Shown here one piece after another: positions 1 to 10,760 of a stretch of DNA of 46,002 nt. The translations under genes and the position numbers were made by a program. Origin of the DNA: Nemertoderma westbladi (Eukaryota; Animalia; Xenacoelomorpha); contig JAUCBJ010007334.1 of assembly GCA_032718475.1 (NCBI GenBank), positions 1-46,002 of the forward strand, read 5' to 3'. Below the pieces are notes generated by a model, which was not told the origin of the DNA, did not search any database, and saw only the letters and a program-made list of their open reading frames with translations. Within the stretch, counting starts at the first letter, position 1. Every line of letters begins with the position of its first letter.

Positions 1-720
1 TCGCAATTGTTATGTATAGCCGGTCTCTCTAACCTGTAGTGTTATCAAGAAAATTGGGAATTGGGTGATTTATCCGTATTATCCAAATAGCAATATTTCC
101 ATCAACAAATAGGTACAATTAATAACTGACGGTAAAATAACAGTACAAACAATATGATTAATGCAATTAAATTAAGTGAGTTAATGCTGTCTTTCGATTT
201 GATTGATTAATTAATTGAGATTTGTTTCGGTAACAGTTTATACTTTCGATAATTCAAGCAGTTTACTAGAGTTCTTCCCAAAAGGCCGGTGTTTCTGGCT
301 TAGACAGCAATAACAACAAAGTAACAAGTAAAACAGTAAGACTGAACACTCTCCTTATGATCGGCAGAAAAGCTACACGTCGACAGGAAAAATCGCTCTG
401 ATTGGCTCAAGCCAAACAAAGAACCTTGCATCTAATGGCTGTTTCCATGTCAGCAACCAGCTGCTAGATGTCGTAATATGAATCATCACGGCTAAGCTGT
501 GAAAGGTAGTTGGTGCATTACAAGTTTTTTGCCTTACCATGTCCGCCAAAACACGTATATAGCAGAATGATTTTTATGTCCGTTAAAACACCTGTAAAGG
601 TACCTTGCGGGCGAGGGGAATATATATACAGTTAGAAAACCTTTTTAGAGTATTCCAGCGCCTGGGGGAGAACTGGCCAGCAAAGGCAAACGTATCAGTT
701 ATCCCACAAAAGCTTTTACA
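1..720 (-). mobile_element. LTR (solo or 5' LTR running out of the window), diverged homologue of the LTR at 10596-12207
   Basis: Minus strand begins TGTAAAAGCTTTTG at 720, the same start as at 12207. Colinear shared blocks with 10596-12207: TTTTAGAGTATTC, GCTCTGATTGGCT..CAAACAAAG (CCAAT box on minus), TCAAGAA..TTG and TATC.GTATT.TCCAAATA. Confidence 0.55.
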
Positions 721-777
721 GCCAGAGTCTGGGGAGTTTGGCAGAGAACCTATTAATGCTACTGAATTGAGTCCTGA

Positions 778-1335
778 TACTACTACTACTACTACTACTA
801 AGATCGGCATGCTGCATTGCAGCTGCATTTTTAAGAATGCTGTGCCGGCTTGTCAACAAAATTGCACCGCCACAACTCCCTATCACCCATGACATTTGCT
901 ACATCATCCGCATCTTTAAGGCCAGTGTCCTTTAAGATGCGTCTCAAGAAAGTCATGGGCTGTCCACCATGCTTATTCACTCCATGAGGCTGCCAAAGTA
1001 CAAGATTATGCACTGGCTGGTCCTCACGGCGAAAGCAATGTCCTGCAAAGCGGACGCGATTTTGTTCTAGTGTCAAGCTTGGGGGAACCAATGAGACACC
1101 TCCAATGTTATATAGTGTCTGGTTGGAGATGTGTGCATTGTACTTGACACAATGAACCCGGCGTAGCATTCTTGTGAATGTGCCATCCAGAGATTTGGTG
1201 TCCTCAGCAGTTAGAGCCCAGCATGGACTCCCGTAGAGGAGTACTGGAACTACTGCTGCTCTAAATAATCGCACCTTAAGTTTCCGATTAATTCTCGGTG
1301 ACTTATCGAAGTTTCTCAATTAATTCTGGAAAGCC
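778..1335 (-). mobile_element. 5'-truncated RTE-clade non-LTR retrotransposon 3' end with (TAG)n tail
   Basis: ORF 831-1319 has the RTE post-RT signature (LK.RLF...V.PVLLYGS..W.LT...LDG.FTRMLRR...R.RFAGHC.R). A short 3' UTR is followed by a (TAG)n trinucleotide tail at 778-800. Confidence 0.8.
831..1319 (-). pseudogene. C-terminal (post-RT/thumb) fragment of RTE ORF protein
   Basis: PVLLYGSPCWALT and RFAGHCFR motifs; no RT catalytic core in this fragment. Confidence 0.8.
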
Positions 1336-1916
1336 TATTCAAGTCCTGATAGGCCGAAACGTACGTATACTGTAGCGCTGGATCAACCCCTGGTGATGCG
1401 CTGTCTCATTTTTTTCAATTTCTGTACAAATTATTACAATATTATTTATTAAAGTTGCATTAACTTAACATGTCAACTACAATTCATTGTTCATTACACA
1501 TAAATGTATTAAATTATTTTACAATTTAATTTTCCACTGACCATTTAATGGCCAGGAGTATTTCCTGGCCATTAACATTTATGATTCCTATAGTACTGTA
1601 TCTACCTATAATATTGACGTTATGGTAATATAGATGTACTGTATTAATAGTACGACGCTCTCATTCCAAAACCGAGTATGTGCTTCAGGTTTTATTTTTA
1701 AAATTAGCCAATCATCTATCTCAGATTAGATAATAGAAGTGACAGCGTCTATCGCATAATGCTTATTTTATGTGACAAAATAACATTGTTCTGATATGTA
1801 ACAAACCATGTTCTTAAAATGTTAGAACTAAACACTTATAAAACATTTTTGACTAATGTTTATGTTCTCACATTAAAATTACGCTTTTCTAACATCAACA
1901 GTTATCATTTATTTAA

Positions 1917-3469
1917 CCCTATTAGTACCGGGCTATAAAATGTTGTACAAATACCGGGAGGGGGTCATATTGACCCCCCCCCTCTAAAATCTACAAATAT
2001 TTACGAAAACGTCTGATTTTTTGTTTGTACGTAGGTATCACTTGTCTGGATCCGACCGAAAAAAAAAATTTTCGAAAAAATGTACTGGGGTGGTTATATT
2101 GCAGCACCAAAATTACAAGTAGTGCACAATTTTCACCAAATTTGAAAGTTACATTTTCGGCTAATTATTTTTCAATACAGGTTTTCTGGGGTGTAAAATA
2201 CATTGGAAAATATTAAAAAATGATATGATTACTATAAATGGCTGTTTAGTCCTCTCTGCGTAGGAAAAAAATGAAAAAAACAAGTAACCAGCACTTTTCA
2301 GTTAGAACACAAAATTTTTAATTCACTTATACGATGCTATAAATTCACATTTTCAGGTTTTCGAGGGCGCTGATTCTAATGGAATACATTTCTAATATGC
2401 TAGATCATTACTACTTGTATTTTTCGGCGTAATTTGGCAAATTTTGGTGCTAGCACCAAATTTCGTACCCATCACCAAAAAGTACAAGTTTGCAATGTCC
2501 AGTGCAGTTTTTATTGATTCCATCGGATTCAGGACCCTCATAAACCCGTATAACGCAAGAAACAAGGTGATACTATCTACTTATCAATTTGCATATTTTC
2601 CAAAATTTGGTGCTGGCACAACAATTTTCACCCACCGGCGAAAAATACAAGTTTGACAACTCTTATGAAATTTTTACTGATTCCATTGAATTCAGAACCA
2701 TCACAAACCTGTATAACGCAAGAAACAAGGTGACACAATCAATTGATATATTTGATGGTTTTCAAAATTTGGTGCTAGCACCACATTTTGCACCCACATC
2801 CGAAAAATACAAGTTTGAGATGTCTAGTTCGATAATTATATTTTCCATTGAATTCAGAACAGCCATAAACCTCTAAAACGCAAGAAATAAATTCTCACAA
2901 GCAATTTTATCTATTGAATGGATTTTCAAAATTTCGTGCTAGCACCAAAATTTGCACACAGCACCGAAAAATACAAGTTTGATACGCTTGGTGCAACTCG
3001 TATATATTTCTTCGAATCCAGAAACCCAAAAAACCCCAATTGCGTAAAAAACAAGTTTCAAACGATCAATTTACAAAATTGACTTATTTCAAAATTTGGT
3101 GCTGGCACCAAAATTTGGCACCCACCGAAATAAACAAGTTTAAAATTTCTAAATCAATTTATATTAATTCCATCAAATTTCTAACACCAAAATACCCGTG
3201 TAAATAAAAAATAGAGATGTTACAATTCATATTTAATGAAATGTAATTTTCAAAAAACGTCTCAAAAAAAGTGCCAAAAGTAGGGTTAAAAAATGGCGCT
3301 ATAACTCGAAAAGTACCCAATATTTTTGAAAACGGTTTTCACTACTAGGAAGACAATAGATTTTTAGGAAAAGTCATAAAATTTCAGATTCCCAACTGCG
3401 TTTGTTTCAGAATTATAATAAAAAAACCACGGGAGGGGTCATATTGACCCCTCCCCGGGTTTAATAGGG
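1917..3469. mobile_element. piggyBac-type MITE (non-autonomous), complete
   Basis: TTAA at 1913-1916 and 3470-3473; TIRs CCCTATTA..CCGGG / CCCGGG..TAATAGGG; subterminal palindrome GGGGTCATATTGACCCC at both ends; no transposase. Confidence 0.85.
2440..3125. repeat. Internal ~163-bp diverged tandem repeat of the MITE, anchored by the palindrome TTTGGTGCTAGCACCAAA
   Basis: Anchor variants recur near 2445, 2608, 2770, 2934 and 3097, each followed by an AAAATACAAGTTTG-like block. Confidence 0.75.
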
Positions 3470-3623
3470 TTAATGTCTAACAAAGACATTATAGAGTAAT
3501 GTTAAAATAACATATATTGAACATCTAAATATTCTATCAAACAAGGGAATGACATTTATCAACATTTATAACAAATTAATGATGTTTTTCTGACATTCCT
3601 CGAAAGTAAATTGTTTGCAGGGT

Positions 3624-4032
3624 ACTTACTCACTTACCTACTTACTTACTTACTGACGGACTCACTTACTTGCTCACTCACTTACATTCTTATTTCGGTC
3701 ACTCTCTCAATCACTCACTCATTCACTCACACATTCACTCACTCATTCATTCACCCACTCAATCAAATGCCAAATTTATTTTTAAAATAGCAAAAGGTTT
3801 GTTGTTTGTTGTGGTTTAATGTGTTTGATGACAGAAAGACTTGCATACACTAGATACACTCTACATACTATCAAAACAGAATAACTAACATCGCAAATGT
3901 CTTAATTTTGAAGAACTTGTTAAGAACTATACTTACTTACTTACCTACTTACTTACCTACTTACTTAACTACTTACTTACTTAAATACTTACATACATAC
4001 TTACTACTTACTTTATTTACTTACTTACTTAC
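3624..4032. repeat. (ACTT/ACTC)n tetranucleotide microsatellite tracts (3624-3762, 3931-4032)
   Basis: Directly visible degenerate TACT/CACT runs. Confidence 0.85.
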
Positions 4033-4322
4033 TTATTGTCATAATTGTCATAATTATATAATAGTAAGTAATAATAAGTAATACTGTAAAAAACCTTGTA
4101 AAAAAGTATGTTTTAAGAAAGTACTGTAGGGAACATACTAAGAAAATTAAGGTGTGTACTGTAGGTCTGTACTGGTATCTAGGTAAGTTTAAATAACTGA
4201 AATGGTTGCGGTTTATATTATCAAATGAGCAAAGGGCGGGAAATTTAAACAATACAAGGGAATTAAATAATATAAAATAATTAAACTGATTTTGAAATTG
4301 TTTATGATATGAGTTCCTGACT

Positions 4323-5015
4323 CTACTGTCCCACCCTTGTGTCGGCGTTGGCCAGCAAGATGGACGGCGATGCTTCTGCCCCAACAAAAACTGGGTGTTT
4401 CTGTGCCGATCTCGACCCCCTTAAGCACATCAGGGAGGCCCGCAGCAGCGCGAAGCTGAACTGCCTCCGCACCCAGCTCACGCACTCCGAGTAGCGCAGC
4501 TCGCGCCGGTCCGCCAGCTTTGAAGCGAGGTGCTTCACGAACAGCGTCGTGGAGGGAGATATTCCCCCCAATGCTGAGAATATCAGCGTTTCATTGTTGC
4601 GATTCATAGTTTCATTGTTATCATTGTTGCGTTTCCGGGTTTCGTGGAATAGGTGGGCGGCGTCGACGTCCATTGCGGCGTTGGTCGGGGCGAGGGGGTT
4701 GAAGACGGATACATCTATGTACGTCTTTTGATATCGATTCCCCCAAAACCCAGAGACCGACACGTCCAACCGAGCTTGTTGGTCCACGGAAGTGGACGTG
4801 CGGGAGAACTGCTCGCTGGTGATTGGCTGCAGGTGCGGCTCGATGGCAACGTTATGAGCGACCTCGGTTAACGTTGTGGCGACGAAATCCCGGAGCTCGT
4901 TGTGCCTAATTGACGGGTAACCGCCGGTGGGACAAGACAAGATGTGGTTTGTTGAAAATCTTGTCCCACAGGCACAACGAGCTGGGAGCGACTCGGGCTG
5001 CCACCCATAATGCAA
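4323..5015 (-). pseudogene. C-terminal zinc-knuckle plus restriction-like endonuclease (RLE) domain of a CRE-clade non-LTR retrotransposon; AT-rich 3' UTR to ~4033
   Basis: CACG..FS.NH.LSC..GG...RHNELRD, EP.LQP, ARLDV...GFW, IDVSVFNP, FS..GG and FALLR...CLRGSRS match the CRE RLE domain layout. Confidence 0.8.
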
Positions 5016-5024
5016 CTGATAAGT

Positions 5025-5655
5025 CTAGGTAAGTTTACTACTTAAATAGGTATAATGTAAGTTAGTAACTACGTACGGAAGTAAGTGAGTACGTATGTAA
5101 GTTACTAAGTAAGTTAGTTAGTATATACTTAAGTAGGTAGGTAAGTTAGTATGTACGTACGCAATTACGTACTACATAAGTTACAAATTAAGTAAGTACA
5201 CATGCAAGTACTTAAGTAAGTTACTAATCAAGTACCCATGTAAGTAAGTAAGAACGTAAATTACTGAGTGTGTAATAAGTAGACCTATGTCAGCAAGTGA
5301 CTGATGTACTTAATTACTTACCTTGCATAATTACTCACTTATTAGCCAATGACTTATGTACTTACTTACTCTACATACCTACTTACTTACCTACCTACCT
5401 TCCCACCTACTTACCACACTTACTTCCTACTTACGAATTTACGTACTCACTCAATTACTTACTTTCTCATTTACTCACTCACTTAAATGCATACTTACTC
5501 ACTTACATGTTGTAGTAACATACATAATAATTAAATAACTACGGTGCCGCCTTGTTCGCGGAAAATCTGATTTGTTCTTTCTTACTTACTCACTCACTCA
5601 CTTACTTTCCTATTTGTCCACCCACACACTCACTCTTTCAATCACTCGCTCGCTC
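5025..5655. repeat. Degenerate (TAAG)n tract followed by inverted (TACT)n tracts
   Basis: TAAG/AAGT units ~5025-5285, then ACTT/TACT units ~5305-5510 and 5581-5655. Confidence 0.7.
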
Positions 5656-5656
5656 A

Positions 5657-5900
5657 GAGAGTTAGTTAGTAAGAGGGTACGTAGTACCGGTTAGTAAGAG
5701 TTAGTTGGAGAGTTAGTTAGTAAGAGGGTACGTAGTACCGATTAGTAAGAGTTGGTTGGAGAGTTAGTAGTAAGAGGGTACATAGTACCGGTTAGTAAGA
5801 GTTAGTGGGAGAGTTAGGGGTAAGAGGGTACGTAGTACCGGTAGTAGGAGTTGTAGAATTACTTAGTAAGAGGGTACGTAGAGTACCGTTAGTAGTAAGA
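5657..5900. repeat. ~51-bp tandem minisatellite (4-5 copies)
   Basis: AGAGTTAGTTAGTAAGAGGGTACGTAGTACCGGTTAGTAAG recurs at ~5658, 5710, 5760 and 5810. Confidence 0.85.
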
Positions 5901-6395
5901 ATTAGTGGTAGGAGGATATGTATAAGATATAGTATATAAGAGACTAGAGAGCACAGTATACCATAGAAGTAGTAGCCAGAAAGGTAGGTAGGGTAATAGC
6001 ACAAAACAGAGATAAAACAAAACAAAATAAAAAAAAATCAAGAATATTAGGATCACCTCCGAACTACAGAAGAGCCTTCAAGGTGGCCTTCGAAGGTCTG
6101 GTAGACCACCTGGGGCTGAAGGGCGAGTCGGTGTAATACAACAGCCGGCATCTAGTAGACAGGGAGGTGGATACACATATCACGTGGGAGAAGTTGGAAG
6201 CGGATAGATTTGGGGAGAAGCGACTGAAAGAAGTCGCCAGGGGAGAAAGGCCGAGAGAGAATGAGGAGCGTTATGTAGACGAGCATATAATATAATATAT
6301 GATAATAATAGCCTTATAATAATTATATAAGTAACTCGCATATATATATTATAAAGTATGTACCGTAGTCAAGCACAACCTTTTCCAATTAGCTA

Positions 6396-7618
6396 CCTGG
6401 AAGCGAACTTAGATCCTGTAAGTGAACTTAGAACCAAGATCTGAACTTAGATCCTGGAGACGAACTTAGATCCTGGAAGTGAACTTAGATCCTGGAAGTG
6501 AACAAACCAAGATCTGAGCTTAGATCCTGGAGGCAAACTTAGATCCTGGAAGCGAACTTAGATCCTGGAAGCGAACTTAGATCCCGGAGGCGAACTTAGA
6601 TCCTGGAAGCGAACTTAGAACCTAGATGTAAACGTAGATCCTGAAGGCGAACTCAGTGCCTTGAAGCGAACTTATATCCTGGAAGTGAACGTAGAACCAA
6701 GATCTGAGCTTAGATCCTGGAAGCGAACTGAGATCCTAAAGACGAACTTAGATCCTTGATGTTAATTTAAACTCTGGAAGTGAACTTAGATCCTGGAAGC
6801 GAACTTAGATCCTGGAAACGAACTTAGATCCTGGAAGTGAACTTAGAACCAAGATCTGAACTTAGATCCTGTAGGTGAACTTAGATCCTGGAAGCGAACT
6901 TAGATCCTGGAAGTGAACGAACCAAGATCTGAGCTTAGATCCTGGAGGCGAACTTAAATCCTGGAAGCGAACTTAGATCCTGGAAACGAACTTAGAACCT
7001 AGATGTAAACGTAGATCCTGGAGGCGAGCTCAGATCCTGGAAGCGAACTTAGATCCTGGAAGTGAACTTAGATCCAAGATCTGCCTTAGATACTGGAAGC
7101 GAACTTAGATCCTAAAGACGAACTTAGATCCTTGATGTTAATTTAGAACCTGGAAGTGAACTTAGAACCTGGAAGCGAACTTAGATCCTGGAAGCTAACT
7201 TAGATCCTGGAAGCGAACTTAGATCCTGGAAGCGAACTTAGATCCTGGAAGTGAACTTAGATCCTGGAAGCGAACTTAGATCCTGGAAGTGAACTTAGAA
7301 CCAAAATCTGAACTTAGATCCTGTAGGCGAACTTAGATCCTGGAAGCGAACTTAGATCCTGGAAGTGAACTTAGAACCAATATCTGAACTTAGATCCTGG
7401 AGGCGAACTTAGATCCTGGAAGCGAACTTAGATCCTGGAAGTCAACTTAGAACAAATATCTGAACTTAGATCCTGGAGGCAAACTTAGATCCTGGAAGTG
7501 AACTTAGATCCTGGAAGTGAACTTAGAACCAATATCTGAACTTAGATCCTGGAGGCGAACTTAGATCCTGGAAGTGAACTTAGATCCTGGAAGTGAACGA
7601 ACCAAGATCTGACCTTAG
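6396..7618. repeat. 19-bp minisatellite (GAACTTAGATCCTGGAAGC)n with higher-order structure
   Basis: About 60 head-to-tail units with a recurrent variant GAACTTAGAACCAAGATCT; no unique spacers. Confidence 0.95.
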
Positions 7619-8133
7619 TTTATTAACTTCTGAAAAATTAAACTTCTGAATTAAAATAATTAAATGATTATATTTTGCTATTATACTAATTAATATACAA
7701 GTTAATTAATGAATTATAAAACGTACCGATACAACTATTATTATTCTTTACATTTCACCGGGCCTTGACCCATTGTGCCTATCCTATACTGTACTTAAAA
7801 ACAATATATCACAAATAATATAATTTGTATGTTCGGTTACCTACCCAGTCCGCTAACTCGCCCCGCTAACTAAATCTGGATCCCCGAGTGGCCAAAATCT
7901 CACCTCATTCATCGCAAAGGTGCAGTACGATCTTCAGTATAATTAAATGGTGCGGAATTAAATAAACTATGTAAGTTATATTGCGCCATTGCGTTGCGTT
8001 TTCCAAGAACCCCATTATATGGGGGGTAAACTCTACGCCTACTCTTACAGCAAATGCCTAGACACGCCTACACATACAGTACATATACCTGTCTGCCGGT
8101 AAGCCAATACATCTCACTGTTGATCCTCAAAAT

Positions 8134-8500
8134 TATCGAATATAATAATAAATATCGGTAAATCGGTAAAAATATCGAGTGTTGAAAAATATCGAGAGTA
8201 AAAATATCGAGTGTTGAAAAATATCGAGAGTAAAAATATCGATAGTAACAATTATTTTTAATAAGGGTTGTATGATAATTGTTTTCCTAAAAATGTTCTA
8301 GTACAAAAAAATGTGTTCTGGTGTATTACTCTCGATATTTTTCAACATTCGATATTTTTCAACACTCGTTATTTTCGATATTTTTCATCTCGCGTTATTT
8401 TTACTCTCGATATTTTTTAATCACGTTAATTTTCAACACTTGTTATTTTTACTCTCGTTATTTTTACTCTCGATATTTTTCAAGTCTCGATATATTTTTC
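8134..8500. repeat. Foldback-like inverted arrays of AAAATATCGAG / CTCGATATTTT
   Basis: AAAATATCGAG units at ~8150-8245 face reverse-complement CTCGATATTTT units at ~8325-8500. Confidence 0.65.
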
Positions 8501-9190
8501 ACCATTACCTTGTAATTTAATTTAGAGCGATTCGATTGCATATTACTGGAACCAAATAAACTAATATCACTGTTGTTAGCCATATAATTTGCTATTGCTC
8601 TGCATCTCTGAAGCAAATTAATATAATGATAATGTGCTGAAGTAAACCAATTTCGCGTTTCACCATGATAGCAAACCATCCAATTGAATATTGCCCAATG
8701 TATCTAGATGTCAACTGAAGTGATAATTAGACGCTATCTTGATTGGCTACAGCTGATTGTATGGCATTCGTTAGCACATACAACTTCAAGGCCTTATATA
8801 TATCACTTTTTATGCTAAACATTCAAATCAATTTTATTTCGTTCAGGTATTTAAAGAGTATATTATTTACTTACAGTATATTATCAAATTAGTTGTTCCC
8901 CAATGAACATCACAGATTTCACTATCTTTGTTACACGGAAAGTGGGATCGTATATAAAAGGTAAGCAAGCATATTTATTTATCCACCATGTTTATTTCAT
9001 TCGGTTGTATTGAAAAATATCACGAGAAATAATATCAGAAATATACAATATTATACTCGCATTATTTTTCAAATAGCTATAATAATATCAAGATTCGCGA
9101 GTTCATTAGTTTACTCATTGTCATCAAAAGAAAATCGTTAATTTCCTGGCTGTTAATATATTTTTAATTTATCTTTCATGTCCAATAAAG

Positions 9191-9427
9191 GCCTTTCTGG
9201 TTGACGTTGAGGAGATAGAGCGAGAATCGGCCAAGGGAGAAGCATTAAAACTCTTAGAATGGACTCTTCGTGACTCCACAAAACACGAGATTACTTTAAC
9301 GCTGTGGAATGCAGCAGAGAATTACAGAGAATTCAAAGGGGGCTCCATCATTTCGTTTCGAAATGTAATGATGAAAGCGTTCGCTAACGAAAAAAGGTTA
9401 ACGGCAACCAAATCATTCCAAGCCTCG
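9191..9427 (+). CDS. Isolated exon encoding an RPA70-like OB-fold (ssDNA-binding) domain fragment
   Basis: AG acceptor at 9189-9190 and GTTAGT donor at 9428. 79 codons: AFLVDVEEIERESAKGEALKLLEWTLRDSTKHEITLTLWNAAENYREFKGGSIISFRNVMMKAFANEKRLTATKSFQAS, which fits the RPA DBD pattern L.D.T...I.LTLW..A....G.II.F..V....F...K.L. Absent from the ORF track. Confidence 0.6.
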
Positions 9428-9776
9428 GTTAGTTATTTAACAACCTTCATATAGAACGTTACTCAGGTTATAAGATCGAACTTTTTTTACGTAAGTTAAT
9501 ACGATCGAGCGGAAGGGGAGGTGGAGGGGGGGGGGGGGGGGGGGGGGGTTGTTGTACTATGTCGATATATTTTAAAATTGACATTTAAGGGGTGTTAGTT
9601 CTTTAGCTGTTCCCTCGGTAGATAAAATTATTGAAAAAAGAATATTATTATTAACTCAAAATAATGTAAGTATAATTTATTAGTATAAAAAATATTATTA
9701 TAAAAAACAGCCGGTTAAGTATTACATTTCGGCCTTGTGAGTAGTGAAATTTTAATTATTGTTGGATATTATACTG

Positions 9777-10229
9777 TGTAATAGGTGGCAACCCCTGGAT
9801 AGGTGGCAACCCCATATTTGGTTAAGATATGAGTATTCCCTAACACCCTCGCGTTTTCTATTGGTCGACTTATTTATTTGTAGTGGGTTGCTGTAAAGTT
9901 CCTGAATCTTGGGGAATCCCTTTTCAGTTACATGATTGGTTGGTTAATCTACAGTAGGGACTCAATATAGCTGGGTAAATGAACCACATAGACAGGCTTT
10001 GCTCATAGCCTAGGACTACAGGGGCGTAAGGCTTCTGTGTAATAATAGTACTATTGTTATTGTTAACTATATTGCTGTTCTATTTATATCTGTATATATT
10101 TTATACATTTATATCTGTATATATGTTTACGCTTTTAGACCTTTAGCAGTTTAACCTGCCAATTTTAAATGTCTTTTTAATTATGAATCGACTTTGCCCG
10201 TACCAATTACTTGGTGTACTGAATTTACA
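9777..10229 (+). mobile_element. Candidate LTR (TGTAA...TTACA)
   Basis: 5-bp inverted termini, two ATTGG boxes, TATA-like AATATAG and a T-rich 3' part. No TSD; a GC-rich structured leader follows. Confidence 0.35.
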
Positions 10230-10760
10230 TCCGCCGAAGCCAGTCCATGCGCGGCGTATGACCCACGGTGTGGGAGACTGGATTCGGGTTCCAGAGGAAG
10301 TTATTGCGGTGTAGGCTACTTTGTATTATTTGATTGATTGCTACTATACAATCTCTGACAACTATATTTACTTTCGGGAAAATATTAACAGTTCCTGTTG
10401 GGACGTCACGCTTTAAGTATGAAACAGAGTTATGACTTACACTAATCACAACTAGATGGCCACTGAGTTTCGTAAATAGCGCATTCTTTAGGAGATGCTT
10501 TATTAACCTTCACACGACTTCACACTACTTCACACTAACTTACACTAATTTGCCGACCATCACTGATTTTTATCATATATAAGGAAGATTGCAACTGACA
10601 CACGTAGGGATTATGAAATAGCATTTAATTCACAAAAAAACCACTATAATTTGAGTCACAGTTGCTACCGGTAGACCCTTCTTCCGCTTACCTCAGTAAT
10701 CAAGAAGATTGAGGGGTTTACGATTATTTATCGGTATTCTCCAAATATAACATCCATTAA

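Larger units (their letters stand above)
1780..3623. mobile_element. AACATT/AATGTT-rich non-autonomous DNA element remnant hosting the piggyBac MITE
   Basis: AACAT/ATGTT-rich sequence continues on both sides of the TTAA insertion site and ends in the terminus-like TGTTTGCAGGGT (3612-3623). Left terminus not found. Confidence 0.3.

Noticed and set aside
2025-2876. Short ORFs in the MITE (and 15447-15740, 16061-16369)
   Set aside because: No transposase motifs; chance frames in repeated AT-rich sequence.
6396-7618. CRISPR-like array
   Set aside because: Units are head-to-tail with no unique spacers, there are no cas genes, and the context is eukaryotic.
9514-9548. Long G run as a functional G-quadruplex element
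   Set aside because: Simple homopolymer of unreliable length; similar runs at 27246 and 33826 have no shared context.
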